The notes under the pieces: model-generated
Told to the model about the DNA's origin: nothing
Seen by the model: the letters and a program-made list of their open reading frames with translations, nothing else
The model's database searches: none
Program-made: the position numbers and the translations under genes
DNA from: Eledone cirrhosa
Taxonomy: Eukaryota
Direction: 5' to 3'
Length of the DNA: 64,000 bases
NCBI GenBank assembly: GCA_964016885.1
Contig: OZ024740.1
Span: forward strand, 166,284,001 to 166,348,000
Shown: piece after piece, positions 16,623 through 31,001 of the stretch
Layout: each line of letters begins with the position of its first letter
Numbering within the stretch: position 1 is the stretch's first letter

Positions 16623-16930
16623 CGCGCGTTAGTGTGTGTTTATTTGTGAAATAAAAATAAACAACTAAACTTAATAAATGCGATCTAGGTGGAGGTAGAA
16701 AACATTTTATGAACAAGCATTTTAAAGATAAGGCAATACACGTATTTAACTTTGTATAACCTAGTTCCACTGAACTTAATTTCATTAACCAAATGCAAAA
16801 TTATGTAATTGCAAATTTATGTAGAATATTATACTTTGATTTCTAGTCCTGTTCTTCTGAATGATTGTGAATTTTACCACCATTAGTGATTAGAAATTAG
16901 CGTTAGCCTGCACACGATCATTACCGTCTT
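16219..16930. mobile_element. Fold-back/MITE-like element, arms of about 300 bp around a (GT)n spacer
   Basis: 16219-16524 is the reverse complement of 16635-16930. Confidence 0.85.
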
Positions 16931-18157
16931 TTGAAGACAATCGTTTAAACAACAAGCTAATTGGTGAAGCAATTTATTGAGATTATACCTTGTTATTTTC
17001 TCGTACGAACGGTCATGAGTTTGATATATATAGAAAATGCCGCACTTATGCATATACAGAGTTTAGATTAAGAATATAAATAAATCAGTTAACTAGATCA
17101 ATACAGTTAATGTTTAGTTATTATGGTGAGATTAATCCAAAATATTCATTGACGTTATATGAAGTCAACAAAATATTTTTTGTATAAGTACTCAAATCAC
17201 TGAAATATTGATGGAAGAAACACCAACTTTTTATCAAAACACGTCTGAAGTTTAACGGGTTATGGTACCACGAATATTACAATACTGTCGTCAAAATTAC
17301 CAAATTATGTTCACGAGTATCCAGTCCGTGTTTCTAGTACAATTCCAAAATGTTCCTATTGACATCCCTGAAGCTCTACGCGTGAAATCATTTCAAAATA
17401 TCGAGGCCAGCTTTCTGAATTCATTGTAATCCTGTAGATGGTATTTTTTTGTCATTCTCCTATCGATTTGAAAAGTTCTTTGAAACACTGTAAATATACT
17501 ATAAATATTTTTAGCTCTTCATAATCCACATTTTAAAAAGTGTTAAAACTGTTTGTAAGCCGATTCTATGTTTTAAAAAAATCTCTTTATATTCATTGCA
17601 GCTTTAAGGAAATTTCATTTTATTTAAAGATCGGTAAACATATTTCTGTGAACTGTCAATATCTATACCTAATTTAACATTATTCTCAACCTCACATTTC
17701 TCTATTTTATTGGAATTTTCAATTTTTCTTTCCCTCCTTCTTCAACACGCATGTACATATGCATGCGCCAGTCTCCCGGATCTTTATATATTTACCGCTC
17801 ACACTTCTTCACTTTTGTTCACTGTCTATCCGGTAAAAAAAATGGCATATTTCTATGCCTTGTGTTTGTATATCTAGTTATACCCTCGAATATACACTTT
17901 CTCTATTACGATATTGTATGTAATGTGACTTAAATTATCGTAGGTCAACGGACGTTTAACTGTATACAAACCTATAGACATTTACTCTTCTGCTTCTTAT
18001 TTCTTCCGTTTTACATCCTATTTTTTTCATCTATAATTTCTCTATCCTCTCCTTGTTGCTCTCTCATTTTTATATTAGACTTTCTTTTCTTTTCTAATTT
18101 TTCTAACCCTTCAAAACCGGTGAAAGTAATATAATTGGAGCTTCTCTTTAAAAGTAC

Positions 18158-18220
<63 letters not shown>

Positions 18221-18231
<11 letters not shown>

Positions 18232-18778
18232 AAATAATGAATAAAACAATGAAACAGTTCCTTATATTAAACAAAAAAGTTCATTATTTAACGATCGTTT
18301 CTAGGATATATATGTGTTAGAATTGGCATGCATATTCAACAGATCTATGTACAAAATTATACAAAATTATACAAACTATCAAAATTAAATATACATACCA
18401 AACACATATATATGCCGTCTTCAGAAATAATGATTATTTCTGAAGACGGCATATATATGTGTTTGGTATGTATATTTAATTTTGATAGTTTGTATAATTT
18501 TGTATAATTTTGTACATAGATCTGTTGAATATGCATGCCAATTCTAACACATATATATCCTAGAAACGATCGTTAAATAATGAACTTTTTTTGTTTAATA
18601 TAAGGAACTGTTTCATTGTTTTATTCATTATTTTTTTAATATTTTATCTTGACTCTGTATTCCGTTTATCTTTCACCGAAAGTGATTTTTCATTGCATCT
18701 CTTCTTTCCATGATATCCGGATTACATTGAGTTCTTCATACGGATTGGACACTACCGTAAACTCTTGGTAGATTTATC

Positions 18779-18782
<4 letters not shown>
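18221..18782 (+). mobile_element. Solo fold-back pLTR (family E) of the Naiad at 35-42 kb
   Basis: Palindrome 18221-18645 centred at 18432, then a tail matching 42271-42408; (TA)n on both sides. Confidence 0.9.
18433..18581 (+). ncRNA. Type I HHR with stem II domain of about 115 nt (family E); antisense copy at 18281-18432
   Basis: attattt-CTGAAGA-[116 nt closed by atatatatgtgtt/aacacatatatat]-GAAA-CGATCG-TT-aaataat. Confidence 0.75.
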
Positions 18783-18809
<27 letters not shown>

Positions 18810-19182
18810 CCTCTGCTGCTACGCGTCTTTTTCGTTCTATATATCTTTACCCTCTCTCTCTGTTAGCCTCTTCCTCACCCTTCACTCACTCATTCTCTGT
18901 CACTACCTCTCCCCCTCTCCTCCTCCTCTTTCTTCCCGTTTGACCTGTGTGTAATTCTTTTCTCCCGCACGCTGGCCAAGCTGGTATGAATTGTTTCTCT
19001 CTCTCGTCTACGATTTCACAGAACTTATGTTTACCGAATTCGCAGACCAGACCCCTTCTTCCTCCCGTTAGACCTGTGCGAAATTCCTTCCTTGCTCACA
19101 TTTCAACCAGGTTTGAAGGACAAACTTTTTTCATATGTAACCCATTTGCAACTCCGCAGCGCCCTTATTATTATATATATAA

Positions 19183-19253
<71 letters not shown>

Positions 19254-19359
19254 GTGGTGGTGGTGTGGTGTGTGTGTGTGTGTAAGAGTATCACACTTCA
19301 CACGATGAATTTAACATGCTGAAAACTGGCTCTTCTCTTTACGGTAAAATAATGCTAAT

Positions 19360-19576
19360 AATATTTGTTTCTACATATGCCACATGACCAGTAATTTGAA
19401 AGGAAAGGGAGAAAGTCCATTCAATCGACACCAATACATTACTGGTTCTTTATTTTATCGATTTCGTAAGGGTGAAAGGCAAATGTAACCTCGGCAGGAT
19501 TTGAACTCAGATTGGAAAGGGCCATAACTATATGCATAAGATATTTTCCGATGCTTCAACGATACTGCCAATCCAC
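19360..19576 (-). mobile_element. Old tRNA-derived SINE copy
   Basis: ggatttgaactcag (B box, reverse complement) and ttattttatcga core. Confidence 0.7.
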
Positions 19577-19751
19577 AACAATTCATCTCCTGAATAGGAT
19601 ATACCCTCTAAACATCATATATCTGATCTGCTGTGGATATTGTTTCGTTCATGGAAAGGTAATTTTGCTAAACAGTTTGTTACCCTAGACAGTATCTAAA
19701 AAAAATCCATCTGACTAATTAGCATAAACTTAGTCATAGTCACATTCTAGG

Positions 19752-19925
19752 CCAGGCATGGTCAACGTTCTATGAGTAGTCCACTACATAGGATGTGGCT
19801 CATCCTAAGGCGAGCCACACTACTAAAAAAATTTAAGGCAATTTTGAAGTTACGCGTTCCATTGAGAAAGCCAAAGGGGCCACATGCGGCGCGCAGGCCG
19901 CAGTTTGCTCATAACTATTCTAGGC
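19752..19925. mobile_element. Degenerate hAT-type MITE
   Basis: caggcatggtcaac...gggccacatgcggcgcgcaggccgcagtttgc; flanking ttctaggcc duplicated. Confidence 0.45.
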
Positions 19926-21402
19926 CCTGGTTCATAATCGTATACTTACACTCTTTCCTTTACGCATCTATGGTTACGACAATAGCCACCACTCCTCGAA
20001 ATATGCTAGTCATATGCCACTCAAACCAGATATTCCTTCTTTATTGGTTTCTCCAACTCTTACCAGTCGTCACTGTGCTGGGTCTGCCATACATAATACA
20101 CACAAAAAATACCCCTACCCTCATATATGGTTCGTATTTGGTTCACATTTAAAAAAGAACACTAGCAATATACATACAGAAATATCCAACAGGTCATCTA
20201 AGGAGAAACGAACCATGCATTTCTTGCCTACCGAGAAAACGGATTATTTATTCGTGTATTCTATGTTAAGTACATGCCTAATATTACTCAAGTGTTTTAT
20301 TTTATTTTGTGAAAGATATATTTCTAGATTTCAAGCTTCTAAAATGTTTTCGCCACAAATAACTTTTGATTGTGCCGAATCAAAGAAAGATACTCGAACA
20401 GAATGATTTAAATGAATGCCTACCGTTTTTCTCTTCCATCTTTTTTCGTTCATGCTATTGTTATTCGTAAGTGACATAGCTTTTCATTTGAAGAAGGTTT
20501 CGTTTTACTTGCGGCTAAATATATTCATTAATTGGAAGAGAAGATACATTTACGAAAAGGAGACTATTTATTAGAAGTACATATCGTTCTCCCCACTAAT
20601 TTGAGAAGAAGCAATTACAACGGAAAGAAAGTAAAAATTTATTCTATCAGTCAAGAAGTGAGAAAACGAAACAATGTTTCCTTTGAAAGCATACGTCAGC
20701 TTAAATAATGGAAATATAACATAATCCAACAACGAGATCAAAGTAAAAGAAGGACTTTGTAGTTAAATAACAGAAGGAATTCATTTAGGCTATCTGAAAT
20801 GACCGAGCTGTAAGAAGTGTTTTTACTAGAATATCGTGGAACTTATGGTGGGGAATTTACAAGCTTTATTTATTTATTTATTTTAATCCACCAAATGAAA
20901 ACAAAGCAGTTTGTCCTCAATATGAAGAATTTTCACCCGATATTTCTTTGCTATTATTTTTTTAGAGAAGTTTTCTATCTTATATAAATAAACAATCAAT
21001 TCTCATTTTCTATTCATATTTGTATATTTTGTCTAGGTGCTTTTTGTTTTTCTTGTTAAAAATACTTTATCATTTCTAAAATAATTAGATTAATTTGTGA
21101 AGTTAATTTTAAATGAAAGAGGAAAAACACTCAATTGCGTGCGACGTGCCCGAGTGTGTATGCGTGTATATTTTTGGGTGTGTATGTCCATGAGTGTATG
21201 TGTGTTGTAATTTTGCCAACTTTCAAACTGTCTGAAATTTTGAAAAGATGTACTTGGCAAAACTCCGAAGTAAATGCTAATGTTTGAAAGAATAAATATT
21301 CAACTCCACGTCATATATTCATATTTAGTACTTTATTCTGTAAGTGTTTTTTGTTTGCGTTGTATTTATATACAAATAAAACCGTGTACAAAGAAGTGAT
21401 TG

Positions 21403-21434
<32 letters not shown>

Positions 21435-23339
21435 GTAGGAAGAGAGTGTATGTGTGTGTGTGTAAGAATTTTATAAGGATAGGATTGAGAGTTTCAGTTA
21501 CAATCGCCCTCGCCAAACTTTGGTTATTGTCTTGCTGGAAATACATTGTATGCTTGGGTCTGTAAGTAGGCGTGGTAAAACCGTTTGTAGTAGGATGCAT
21601 CTATAATATATTTGTTTTTTTGTCAATTTGAAAATTGATTGTGTCGTGGTAAAAATCTCTAATTTAGTGCTAAGATGTTTTGTATGAAGGATAATTCTCA
21701 GGTATATATGAGGCAGAACGGTAGGTGTGCACTATATGGTATAAATATATTTAACAAGAGGAAAATGAAAGATGAGAATGAGAATAAGAAAGAGATGAAT
21801 AGTTTTCTTTTTCCATTAGAATGAAGAAGTGAAAATAATCAAGTGTAGATTTATGTTATGGTCAGTTATAAAAGCAAAATAGAAACAGAAGAAAGGGAAA
21901 ATAATTGTGTTTATATTATTCTTAATAGTTTTTATAAATGTCAGATCAGCCAGTCTTTGCGCTGAAATTATTCATCTGTTAAAAGGCAACATTGCGTTAC
22001 GTTATTGATAAGTTTAAGATGTTTACTTTTCCTGGCACTGGGTTCATATTTAGAATCTTGAAATGTTTTTAAAAACAGAATTTTGTAAATAATTATTTTC
22101 TCCGTTTCTGTGAAAAATCCTTCCTCTTTTCTTTATGTTTATCCTTCTTCAACTCACCCCTTTCATTGTGTTTATTTCTAGCTAATAGTTCACACCTGTC
22201 AGCTCAGTAATCTATATCCCAAAGTCGAAGGCTGTTCGTATTATCTCAACATAATTATGATGTATTTAAGACCTATTCGAATTACACGACCCTGCATATT
22301 TTGACATCATGCAAGAAGCATGAAAAAAGGAAAAGCAAGCCACACAATTGTTAAGGGTGTAAATAACTGTCATGTGCTGATAGATTTGAAGGAAGTGCTC
22401 GGTTGCTTCAGTAATTATATAGCAGTAATTAAGCAACGTCATTGAGTTAAGTTAATAGATAACTAGAAATATTCGTCCTGATTGTAGTATCTCTAGTGTC
22501 TAGGAAGTCACTAAAACAAAGAAATTCTGAAATCGTGAGCTACACTTTTATTAAAATTAGTTTAAAAGTAACCTGTAACTATATCCATGGTACCCTTCAA
22601 ATATTTATAATTACTAATTATAAGCCTCGCTGAAAATATAAACAAATGTGAAAAGTAGTTTGTTCGTTTGTTCGTAGACAGTAAGATATAACCGACTGAT
22701 TTTACATGTTCCATAGCAATTTCGACCCCGAAGATATCTTATGATTAAACTCTATTTGTAACAAACTTAAATCAGGACATATCTGAAATGATCAGCCTAG
22801 GTTGAATAATGTGCAAATCCATTAATTAATATGATGCATGTAGAAGTAATTAAATAGTAATATTCATATGCAATACATGATTTAGTAAAAAAACAACAAC
22901 AACCCAATCTAATGTAGTTATGAATAGTATATTGACCCTCACAGTGAAAATGTAAAGAAACAGCTTTTTGATATCTTTGTACTCAGAAAAAAAATATGTC
23001 CCTCTGCGCGTGCCAGTGTTTACATATATAGATGTGCATAAGCTACTCTGTATGAGATATATGAGTGAGCAGGTAAGTCTGAAGATTATGTTCCATTTAA
23101 ATACCACAAGTACCAGACAAATTATCGAGGCCTTTTTACTTAAATTCGCCAAAAGATTAATAAATCATCATAGATGAATAAAGTAATCTTCGATTTTTAG
23201 TCCCATAAAATTACACTTGATTAAATATTTTTTATAAAGTTTCCATTCGCAACTACATATATGTAACTATTTCTTCGATGAAGATATTCATCCAAAACAT
23301 TGTCACATTTTTTATAATGTTGCTATTGTAATCTATCGG

Positions 23340-23550
23340 TGGGCACTATCGGTATAGTGTCAGACAATATGATTTGCGATATAGAGTTACATCCGTTTAC
23401 GTTCTGAGCTTAAATCCCGGCGAGGTTAACTTTGCCTTTCATCCTTACGTGATCGATAAAATAAAGTTCCAGTAACATACTGAGGTAGATTTACTTGACT
23501 TTACCCTCCCACCAAATTCTTGGCTTTGTACCTAAATCAGAAACCATTAT
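23340..23550 (+). mobile_element. tRNA-derived SINE
   Basis: Homologous to 34739-34924. Confidence 0.8.
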
Positions 23551-23889
23551 TTTACGATCATTTACAAAACATTATTTTCATTCACAAAACCATTGCTTCC
23601 TCCCTATCTACAACATTTTATTATGTTTTCTATTTTAATCCTTCTGTGAAATGATGTCTTAAAATATATTTTCAGTACATTTTTTACGCAATGAGCAGAA
23701 GTCTGTTGTCTTTGATTCATAGGTGTGTCTGATATCGAAGTTTCTGAAAGTAATAACATTTCCACAACAACTGCTTCATTTGCAACATATGGTTTATACA
23801 ATTTATGAACCTGTACTTCATTTTTCTAACCATACACACACAGAGAAAGAGACACAGACATACACACAGGCACACAAACACACACACAT

Positions 23890-24021
<132 letters not shown>

Positions 24022-24229
24022 TGTATATGTATATACGTATATATATACTGTTGCTTGGTCTGAGTCTACTATTATTATATTGTTTTGCCATGTGATATAA
24101 ATATTATTCTCTCTCTCTCTCTACACACACACATATATATGTGTGTATGTGTGTGTGTGTGCGGAGAGAGGAGAGAGAGAGAGAGAGAGCAAGAGAAAGA
24201 GAGCGAGAGAGAGAAAGAGGGAGAAAGAA

Positions 24230-24361
<132 letters not shown>

Positions 24362-24673
24362 CAGAAAGGGTGAGAGTGAGAAAATAAGAAAATGGGAAGT
24401 TCGATGTAGATGTTAAAGAGTCTTTATTAAAAAAGCTGTGATATATTTAATACATTAAAAGAGAAAGTTTTAAGCAATACTCCGACCGACTTCCGTCTCA
24501 CCCAACAAACATCAAGATATACCTTAGTATAATCCCAATTATACGTTTGGGGTGCTAACTATACGTACTTTGCGGATAGCCAGTTGTATTATTTTATATG
24601 AGACATAATTAAATACATCCTTCTTTCAAAACGATCGTTTCATTATAAGTTTTCTATACGCTAGCACCAATCC

Positions 24674-24721
<48 letters not shown>

Positions 24722-24725
<4 letters not shown>

Positions 24726-25024
24726 GGAAATCAGTAAAATCGAATCTCTGGCGGTTTGCAAGTAAATTCGGCCTACTTATATGAAATGATGAGTTAGCAA
24801 AGCACTCGATAAGATAGGGCCTCAGAGTTATAACATACGTTTAAATAGCTTGACAAATCGAACATTGTGGTAGGCGAAACTAACACACAATATATACCAA
24901 AGCAACAATAGAACTAATCAATGATAGAACAAATCAACCTGATTAGTTCTATCGTTGCTTTGGTATATATTGTGTGTTAGTTTCGCCTACCACAATGTTC
25001 GATTTGTCAAGCTATTTAAACGTA
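24722..25024 (-). mobile_element. Short fold-back PLE-type fragment, family K (no HHR retained)
   Basis: 24835-24920 is inverted at 24940-25025; tail carries the shared bulged hairpin; (TA)n on both sides. Confidence 0.7.
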
Positions 25025-25202
25025 TATATATATATATATATATTAGGATTGGTGCTCTGAAATAGCGATGTATACATGAACGTATTTATAGTATATTTGG
25101 TAATATACCGTGTGTTTAATAAAAAAAACATTTAGAAGACCATCTCCCTTCTTTCGCCGAAAATAAATAAGTGACATAGTCACTACTTTAAAACTGATAG
25201 CG

Positions 25203-25233
<31 letters not shown>

Positions 25234-25234
25234 A

Positions 25235-25265
<31 letters not shown>

Positions 25266-26129
25266 GAATGTATGTATAGTATATCCATACAAGAACGGTT
25301 ATTGGGATTTATTCCCTTTTCCCTTCTATTTTCCTTAACGCCCCCCCCCCCGTTTTCCCAATAACTTACCCAGTTATTCAACGCTCTGGGCGGTAGATAT
25401 CTTGTCTTTAAAACGTGTAAATATTCGAGACTCCCAGTAGACAACTGATGAGGACCCCACCCCTCGTTCTTGCTTTCTTCTTATTCTCACTCCATTTTAA
25501 GCTATATATATACATACACAAATACATATACATAATATGAAAGGAAATCGTAATCATAAGCATTATTAATATTTTCTTGATTCTTTGAGAAATACCAAGC
25601 ATTTTCTTAATATCAGAGAATGTCAATTTTGACCTTTCATTAATTTATCCATTACGCTATGTATTTCTTCCTCCATTGGTGTCTTGTTAATGATTCAAGT
25701 ATCTGCCTTTTTAAAAATCAACAATGTTACATCTGACGAATGAACATTTTATTTTATCTGCTATGCAATTTGCGAAGACAAGGACTTGTTTTAATAGAAG
25801 GAAGTTCATTGAACTTTGGGACTTTTTCTATAGAGACTCAATTACTGTATTATTCGTAATTGTATTCTTCTTGGAATCTCGCTGAATTTATTAAGCCAGT
25901 TCATGTTCAATTTTGTGCATGTTTAATGACAGTAGACTTTTTTTCTTTTTCCGTGACGTGTTCTACAAAGGTATCTAAATAAACGATTAAGTAACTTTCT
26001 GCGTTGTTTTTTGTGGGCAAGACAATAGGCAATTTGTTTGCCTCAAGTGATTTAGATATTATTTTTCTGTAATTTTAAGAATGTAATTCATCAATGAATA
26101 ACCGGTCAAAAATAATGCAGTGAATTCCA

Positions 26130-26330
26130 ATTTCGGTAGAGCGTCAGAAAATCTTTGTGGCATTCGGTTACGGCCCTTTACGTTCTGAGTACAAATCCCG
26201 CCGATGTTAGCTTTGCCTTTCACCTTTACGGGATCGATTAATGAAGCACCAGTAATGCACTTGGGTCTATGAAATCGACTTTCTACTCGTCCCCAAACGT
26301 TTGGCCTTGTGCCTATATAAAAAATCATTA
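26130..26330 (+). mobile_element. tRNA-derived SINE, diverged
   Basis: ttctgagtacaaatcccgccgatgttagctttgcctttca. Confidence 0.75.
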
Positions 26331-27007
26331 TTTGAATCAATACCCTAAATTTATTATAGTTATTTAAAGTAATAAAAATTAATTAAAAAAATAAAACATT
26401 TAAATATGTTATCTAGTCATACGTCATTTACTGATTTGTGCAACACGACACATAACACCTCAAGTAAACCAGGGAATGTTAGTTCTGTCTCAACAGTATG
26501 TAGTGTTCTGGTTTTGACGATCAGCAATGACATATTCTAAGTGAGTAACACATTATTTTCTGGCGTTAATGTAGATGAACAGATACTTGACCACGTCGAC
26601 TGTTATTAACTTAGATATGATGTGCTGTATATAGGATAAACCTTTGTTTGGCCTGTCACCATTAATTTTTTCGAGTGCTCTTCTTATCTGGAAGGTCTCA
26701 TAGATTTATTGGAAAACAACCGTTAGCAAATTAGACACATTGTCAATAGATTGTTATCGTTTTTAATATTCGATACTTTACCGACGACATTTTATTTTCC
26801 GTTCTTCCATGAATAACTATATAATGTAATATAATTACAGATATATGTATTATTGTTATAACTCTTTTTTTATATTATTTAACATACGAGACTGTTGCAT
26901 ACAAGACACTACATCAAACAGGACTGTAGCACAAAATATGCGTTCCCGAAAACTGTTTATGTTATGTCTGAGGGAGATTTATAATCAAATGCATGTTACA
27001 TACACAT

Positions 27008-27010
<3 letters not shown>

Positions 27011-27045
<35 letters not shown>

Positions 27046-27122
27046 AGTAGAGAGAGAAGAGAGGAGAGAGGGAGAGAGAGATAGAGAGAGAGATAGATAG
27101 ATAGATAGAGAGAGAGAGATAT

Positions 27123-27208
<86 letters not shown>

Positions 27209-27263
27209 TGAGAGAGATGAGGAGAGGAGAGAGAGAGAGGAGAGAGATGAGAGAGAGAGAGAG
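27011..27263. repeat. (GA)n-rich tract; another at 24164-24360
   Basis: Direct reading. Confidence 0.95.
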
Positions 27264-27279
27264 CGGTAGAAATGTAACC

Positions 27280-28590
27280 TAACAGTAGGACAGTAAACCT
27301 TTTAGATGTCACTCTGGAATTAGACACAGGTCTCTATCGTCCATACCACAAACCTAATGAACATCTTAAAATACGTCAACAGAAACTCCAAACACCATAG
27401 GAGCATAATTAACTCAATAGTTAAAAGCGTTTCCTATAGAGTGTCCACTCTGTCGGCAAATAGAACTATCTTCAACCAGAACGCGGAATACTACAACTCC
27501 GCACTTGAAAAGGCTGGTTACATTGAGAAGATATCTTACAATGACCCAACTAGAACCGCAACGCCGCTAAACATAATCAGACGCTTAGAAACGAACATAG
27601 ACGAGGTCACCCCACCTAGAACAAATAATAACCTAAGGCCCCCTTTAGCCGGCAGGGTAGGCAGCGTCAGACACAACCGTCAAGGAGATAAAGCTATATT
27701 CTCCAACCCCAATAAGGACTCTGATTATTGCACACGTTTACGTAGTAATAGAGACAAAAGACATAACACCAACATATTACTAGGAACCCCTATGACATAT
27801 ACGCCTTACCAAAACGCACCCACACAACCACACAACCACAAAAACCACACTAACCACCGTAAAGCCCGAAGTAGAACTGTCACCTGGTACAATGCCTCGT
27901 ATTCTATACACGGTGCCACCAATATACCGGGAACCTTCTTCAGGGCTCTTGAACAATCTTTTCCACACACACATAAATACCACAAGCTCTTCAATAGACA
28001 CACTGTAAAATTCTCTTTCTCTACAGCACCAAATCTAGGCCACACAATAGCACACACTAATAGGACACAAATACGCAAACACATGGTTGCCCCACAACAA
28101 ACCACTACCACAACCCAGAACGAAACCACATACACAACACAACATCCGACATGCCAGCTCCACACAGCATGCCAACAACCGACAACGTGCCACCACACCG
28201 GTAACCCCCAATTGCAACTGCAAAAAACGGTTAGAATTCCCACTAAACGGGGAATGCCTCATTAAAAACATTATTTACCGGTGTGATGCCACAGCTGGCA
28301 ATAAAGAGTATTCATATATAAGTGCGACCACCACTACGTTTAAGGAGCGCTGGTATAACCATAGAAGCTCCTTTAAATATAGGATGAAACGATCCCAAAC
28401 TAGACTGGCCGATCTGATCTGGGACCTCAAGGACAGGAACATCGAATTCCAGGTCACATGGTCAGTCAAAAGACGCGTGGCCCAACTCCCCAGTGACAGA
28501 AACCACTGCAGGTTATGCCTGGCCGAGGCGGCTGAGATACTCAAATTAAAATCTGCCAAAAACTATGTCGGACATAATTATCAATTGTAG
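27280..28590 (+). pseudogene. 5'-truncated, frameshifted Naiad-type PLE polyprotein (RT thumb, linker, GIY-YIG)
   Basis: LDVTLELDTGLYRPYHKPN, RTVTWYN, LFNRHTVKFSFST, CNCKKRLEFPLNGECL..IIY...YISAT..FKERWYNH..SF, CRLC; colinear with the 36.8-kb ORF. Confidence 0.9.
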
Positions 28591-28705
28591 ACACACCAGC
28601 TTGAACACCTTCTCTGCACAAACATTCGGCCGAGGGCCGCACACTAACCATGACTCAACATAATAATAATCACCTTTGCCTATAATTTTCTTATTTTACG
28701 TTTTT

Positions 28706-28770
<65 letters not shown>

Positions 28771-29260
28771 GAGTATGTACACAACGTTTTTGTCAGACTA
28801 AGTGTGTCTATGTATGTATCTCCTCATTGTATTTGACACCACCATCACTTCCACCACGCCACCATAAACACCATTACCACAAACAACACCACACCCACAC
28901 CACACACAAAAATCAGCCACAAATATACGCAATTTGCCTACCGACAATTCCCCCCCACATACACACCACAGCCCACCTCAGCCGGCGAGCGTCACCACCA
29001 TGTTACCATCATATCCACCCCCACATACACTACAGGCGAAAACATCCCTATGATCTATTTCACCAATAAAAACAATCTTTATTGACCAACATATGAACTT
29101 TTGACTATATCATGTATTAATTTTCTACTAGCATTTTAAGGGGTCCGTCGAGCTGAGGATTACAGATTCGGGTAAGATCGATACAGATCGAACCTTGAGT
29201 GAACCTAAACATCGAGTGCTCACCCGGGTGAACCTACAGTAACTCTAAGTTACACTCCCT
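28591..29260 (+). mobile_element. Probable 3' UTR/pLTR of the decayed Naiad, with a degenerate HHR-like core and tail
   Basis: CTGAGGA-TTACagattcggGTAA-GA-TCGA-TA at about 29153-29183, CATCGAGT motif at 29210, then (TA)n. Confidence 0.45.
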
Positions 29261-29278
29261 ATATATATATATATATAT

Positions 29279-30177
29279 GGGATAACAAGTTATCGTTATA
29301 GGTAATCTAGACTCACCTGATCAATGAAACAATTGTCAGTACTAGAGATAAAGCCCCTTATTGTACAGCCAACCTAGTTACTCTTCATTCTTTCAGCATC
29401 GACCCTCCCTTCTCTCTTCTCTTCGCCTCCTCACTCTCGTTTCTTTCTCTCTCCCTCTCTCTCTCTCTATCCAGTTCGGTTTTGATTGTTGACATGTTTA
29501 CACGTGCCGTGGTGGCCTCTCTGTCCGCAATCTTTGCGGCACGTTTTTACCACCGTCGTAAAAAAACCCTTCTGGATTATCTCCCTTTCCCTTCTCCTCA
29601 CTTTTTATTGCCCATGTCTCTCTCTCACTTTCTCCTGTCTATGTAAGAGGCAGCACGATTATACCAGCTCTGAGTCGCAGCTGACCACCAGGCTAAAGTC
29701 TCCCTGGTTGGCCACAACTTACTTTCCCTATTTTTCCACAGTTACTTTTTTGCATGTTTCTTTAACCTGTGTCTTCCCACGATAGGATCTGTACACTTTT
29801 GTTTCCTCTATTCCTTTCCTATTTTCCCCCTCTTCCTCTCTTCTCATCCCCCCTGTTCTTCCTCCTTTCCCTCTCTTTCCTTTTCTCTCTCCTTTTTCCC
29901 TCTCTTTCCTTTTCTCTCTCCTTTTTTCCTATCTTTCCTTTTCTCTCTTCTTTTTTCCTCTCTTTCTCTCTCCTTTTCCACCTGGCCCTTTGATTAATAA
30001 AAGGCCTCGGGCGCAGCCGAACTACACCGATGTCCTGTAATTCAGCGTCGAAACATTGGTTCGGGATACATTTACAGCTGACGATGGAAACTCCTTTCTT
30101 CCTTTCTCTTCCTGTTCCGTCCTAATCACCATCCTAAACCTTGTTTTTAGTAACCACACATCTCCTTTCGTTTCATA

Positions 30178-30182
<5 letters not shown>
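29279..30182. mobile_element. TA-flanked non-coding insertion, probably another pLTR family
   Basis: Bounded by (TA)n; HHR-like pieces CTGATCAatGAAACAATTGTC (29318) and GAAACATTGGTT (30050). Confidence 0.4.
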
Positions 30183-30227
<45 letters not shown>

Positions 30228-30443
30228 CACGCCGAGGTTAGATTTTTAACTTTAGCACTTCAACCTTTTCTCTTCCTTCACCTTTTAACTCTTCTCATCG
30301 TGCAGCTTTTAAAAACACTTTTTCACTTTTAGCAATATGCTTTCTTACCTCCATATTCATACAATCATTTACGCTTCTCACCCGCCATCCTCCCTATAGT
30401 ATACGAAAACATAGCCTGTCAAACATACGTACACACACACAGC

Positions 30444-30541
<98 letters not shown>

Positions 30542-30882
30542 GATACATATATGTTGTGTGGTGATGATGTGTGTGATTGTGGTAGTGTTGGATGGAGTGG
30601 GATGGAGTGGGACTGTGGATAGATAGACAGACGGAAAGAGGGTATAAAATGGTGCTCACTGCTGCACTGCTTGTAACATTCAAGTAATGTTTTGACATTG
30701 CTGTTTGTTGTTTGTTGTTTGATAGTATAATGGCGTGGTGGACACGTGATGTTAGTTAACTAAAGTATAGGTGTAAATAATGTTGGTAACAAGGTGATGA
30801 TAGTGGTGGTGGTGGTGGTGGTGTTGGTAGTGGTTGTGGTGGTGGTGATTGGACACATATACACACACACACACACATACAC

Positions 30883-31001
<119 letters not shown>

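Noticed and set aside
18651-18660. ctctgtat complementarity to the U6 ACAGAG box
   Set aside because: An 8-nt match is expected by chance and is better explained as one strand of the bulged hairpin.
12884-21600. Possible downstream minus-strand exons (12.9-13.25, 17.3-17.45 and 21.5-21.6 kb)
   Set aside because: Short frames with early stops and no recognisable domains; not supportable without transcripts.
24835-25025. Hammerhead in family K
   Set aside because: No CUGANGA/GAAA arrangement with stems on the sense strand; probably lost by truncation.
24664-25056. agcaccaatccta / taggattggtgct inverted 13-mers around the TA-K-TA block
   Set aside because: Could be mariner-like ends or an older palindrome split by the insertion; too short to interpret.
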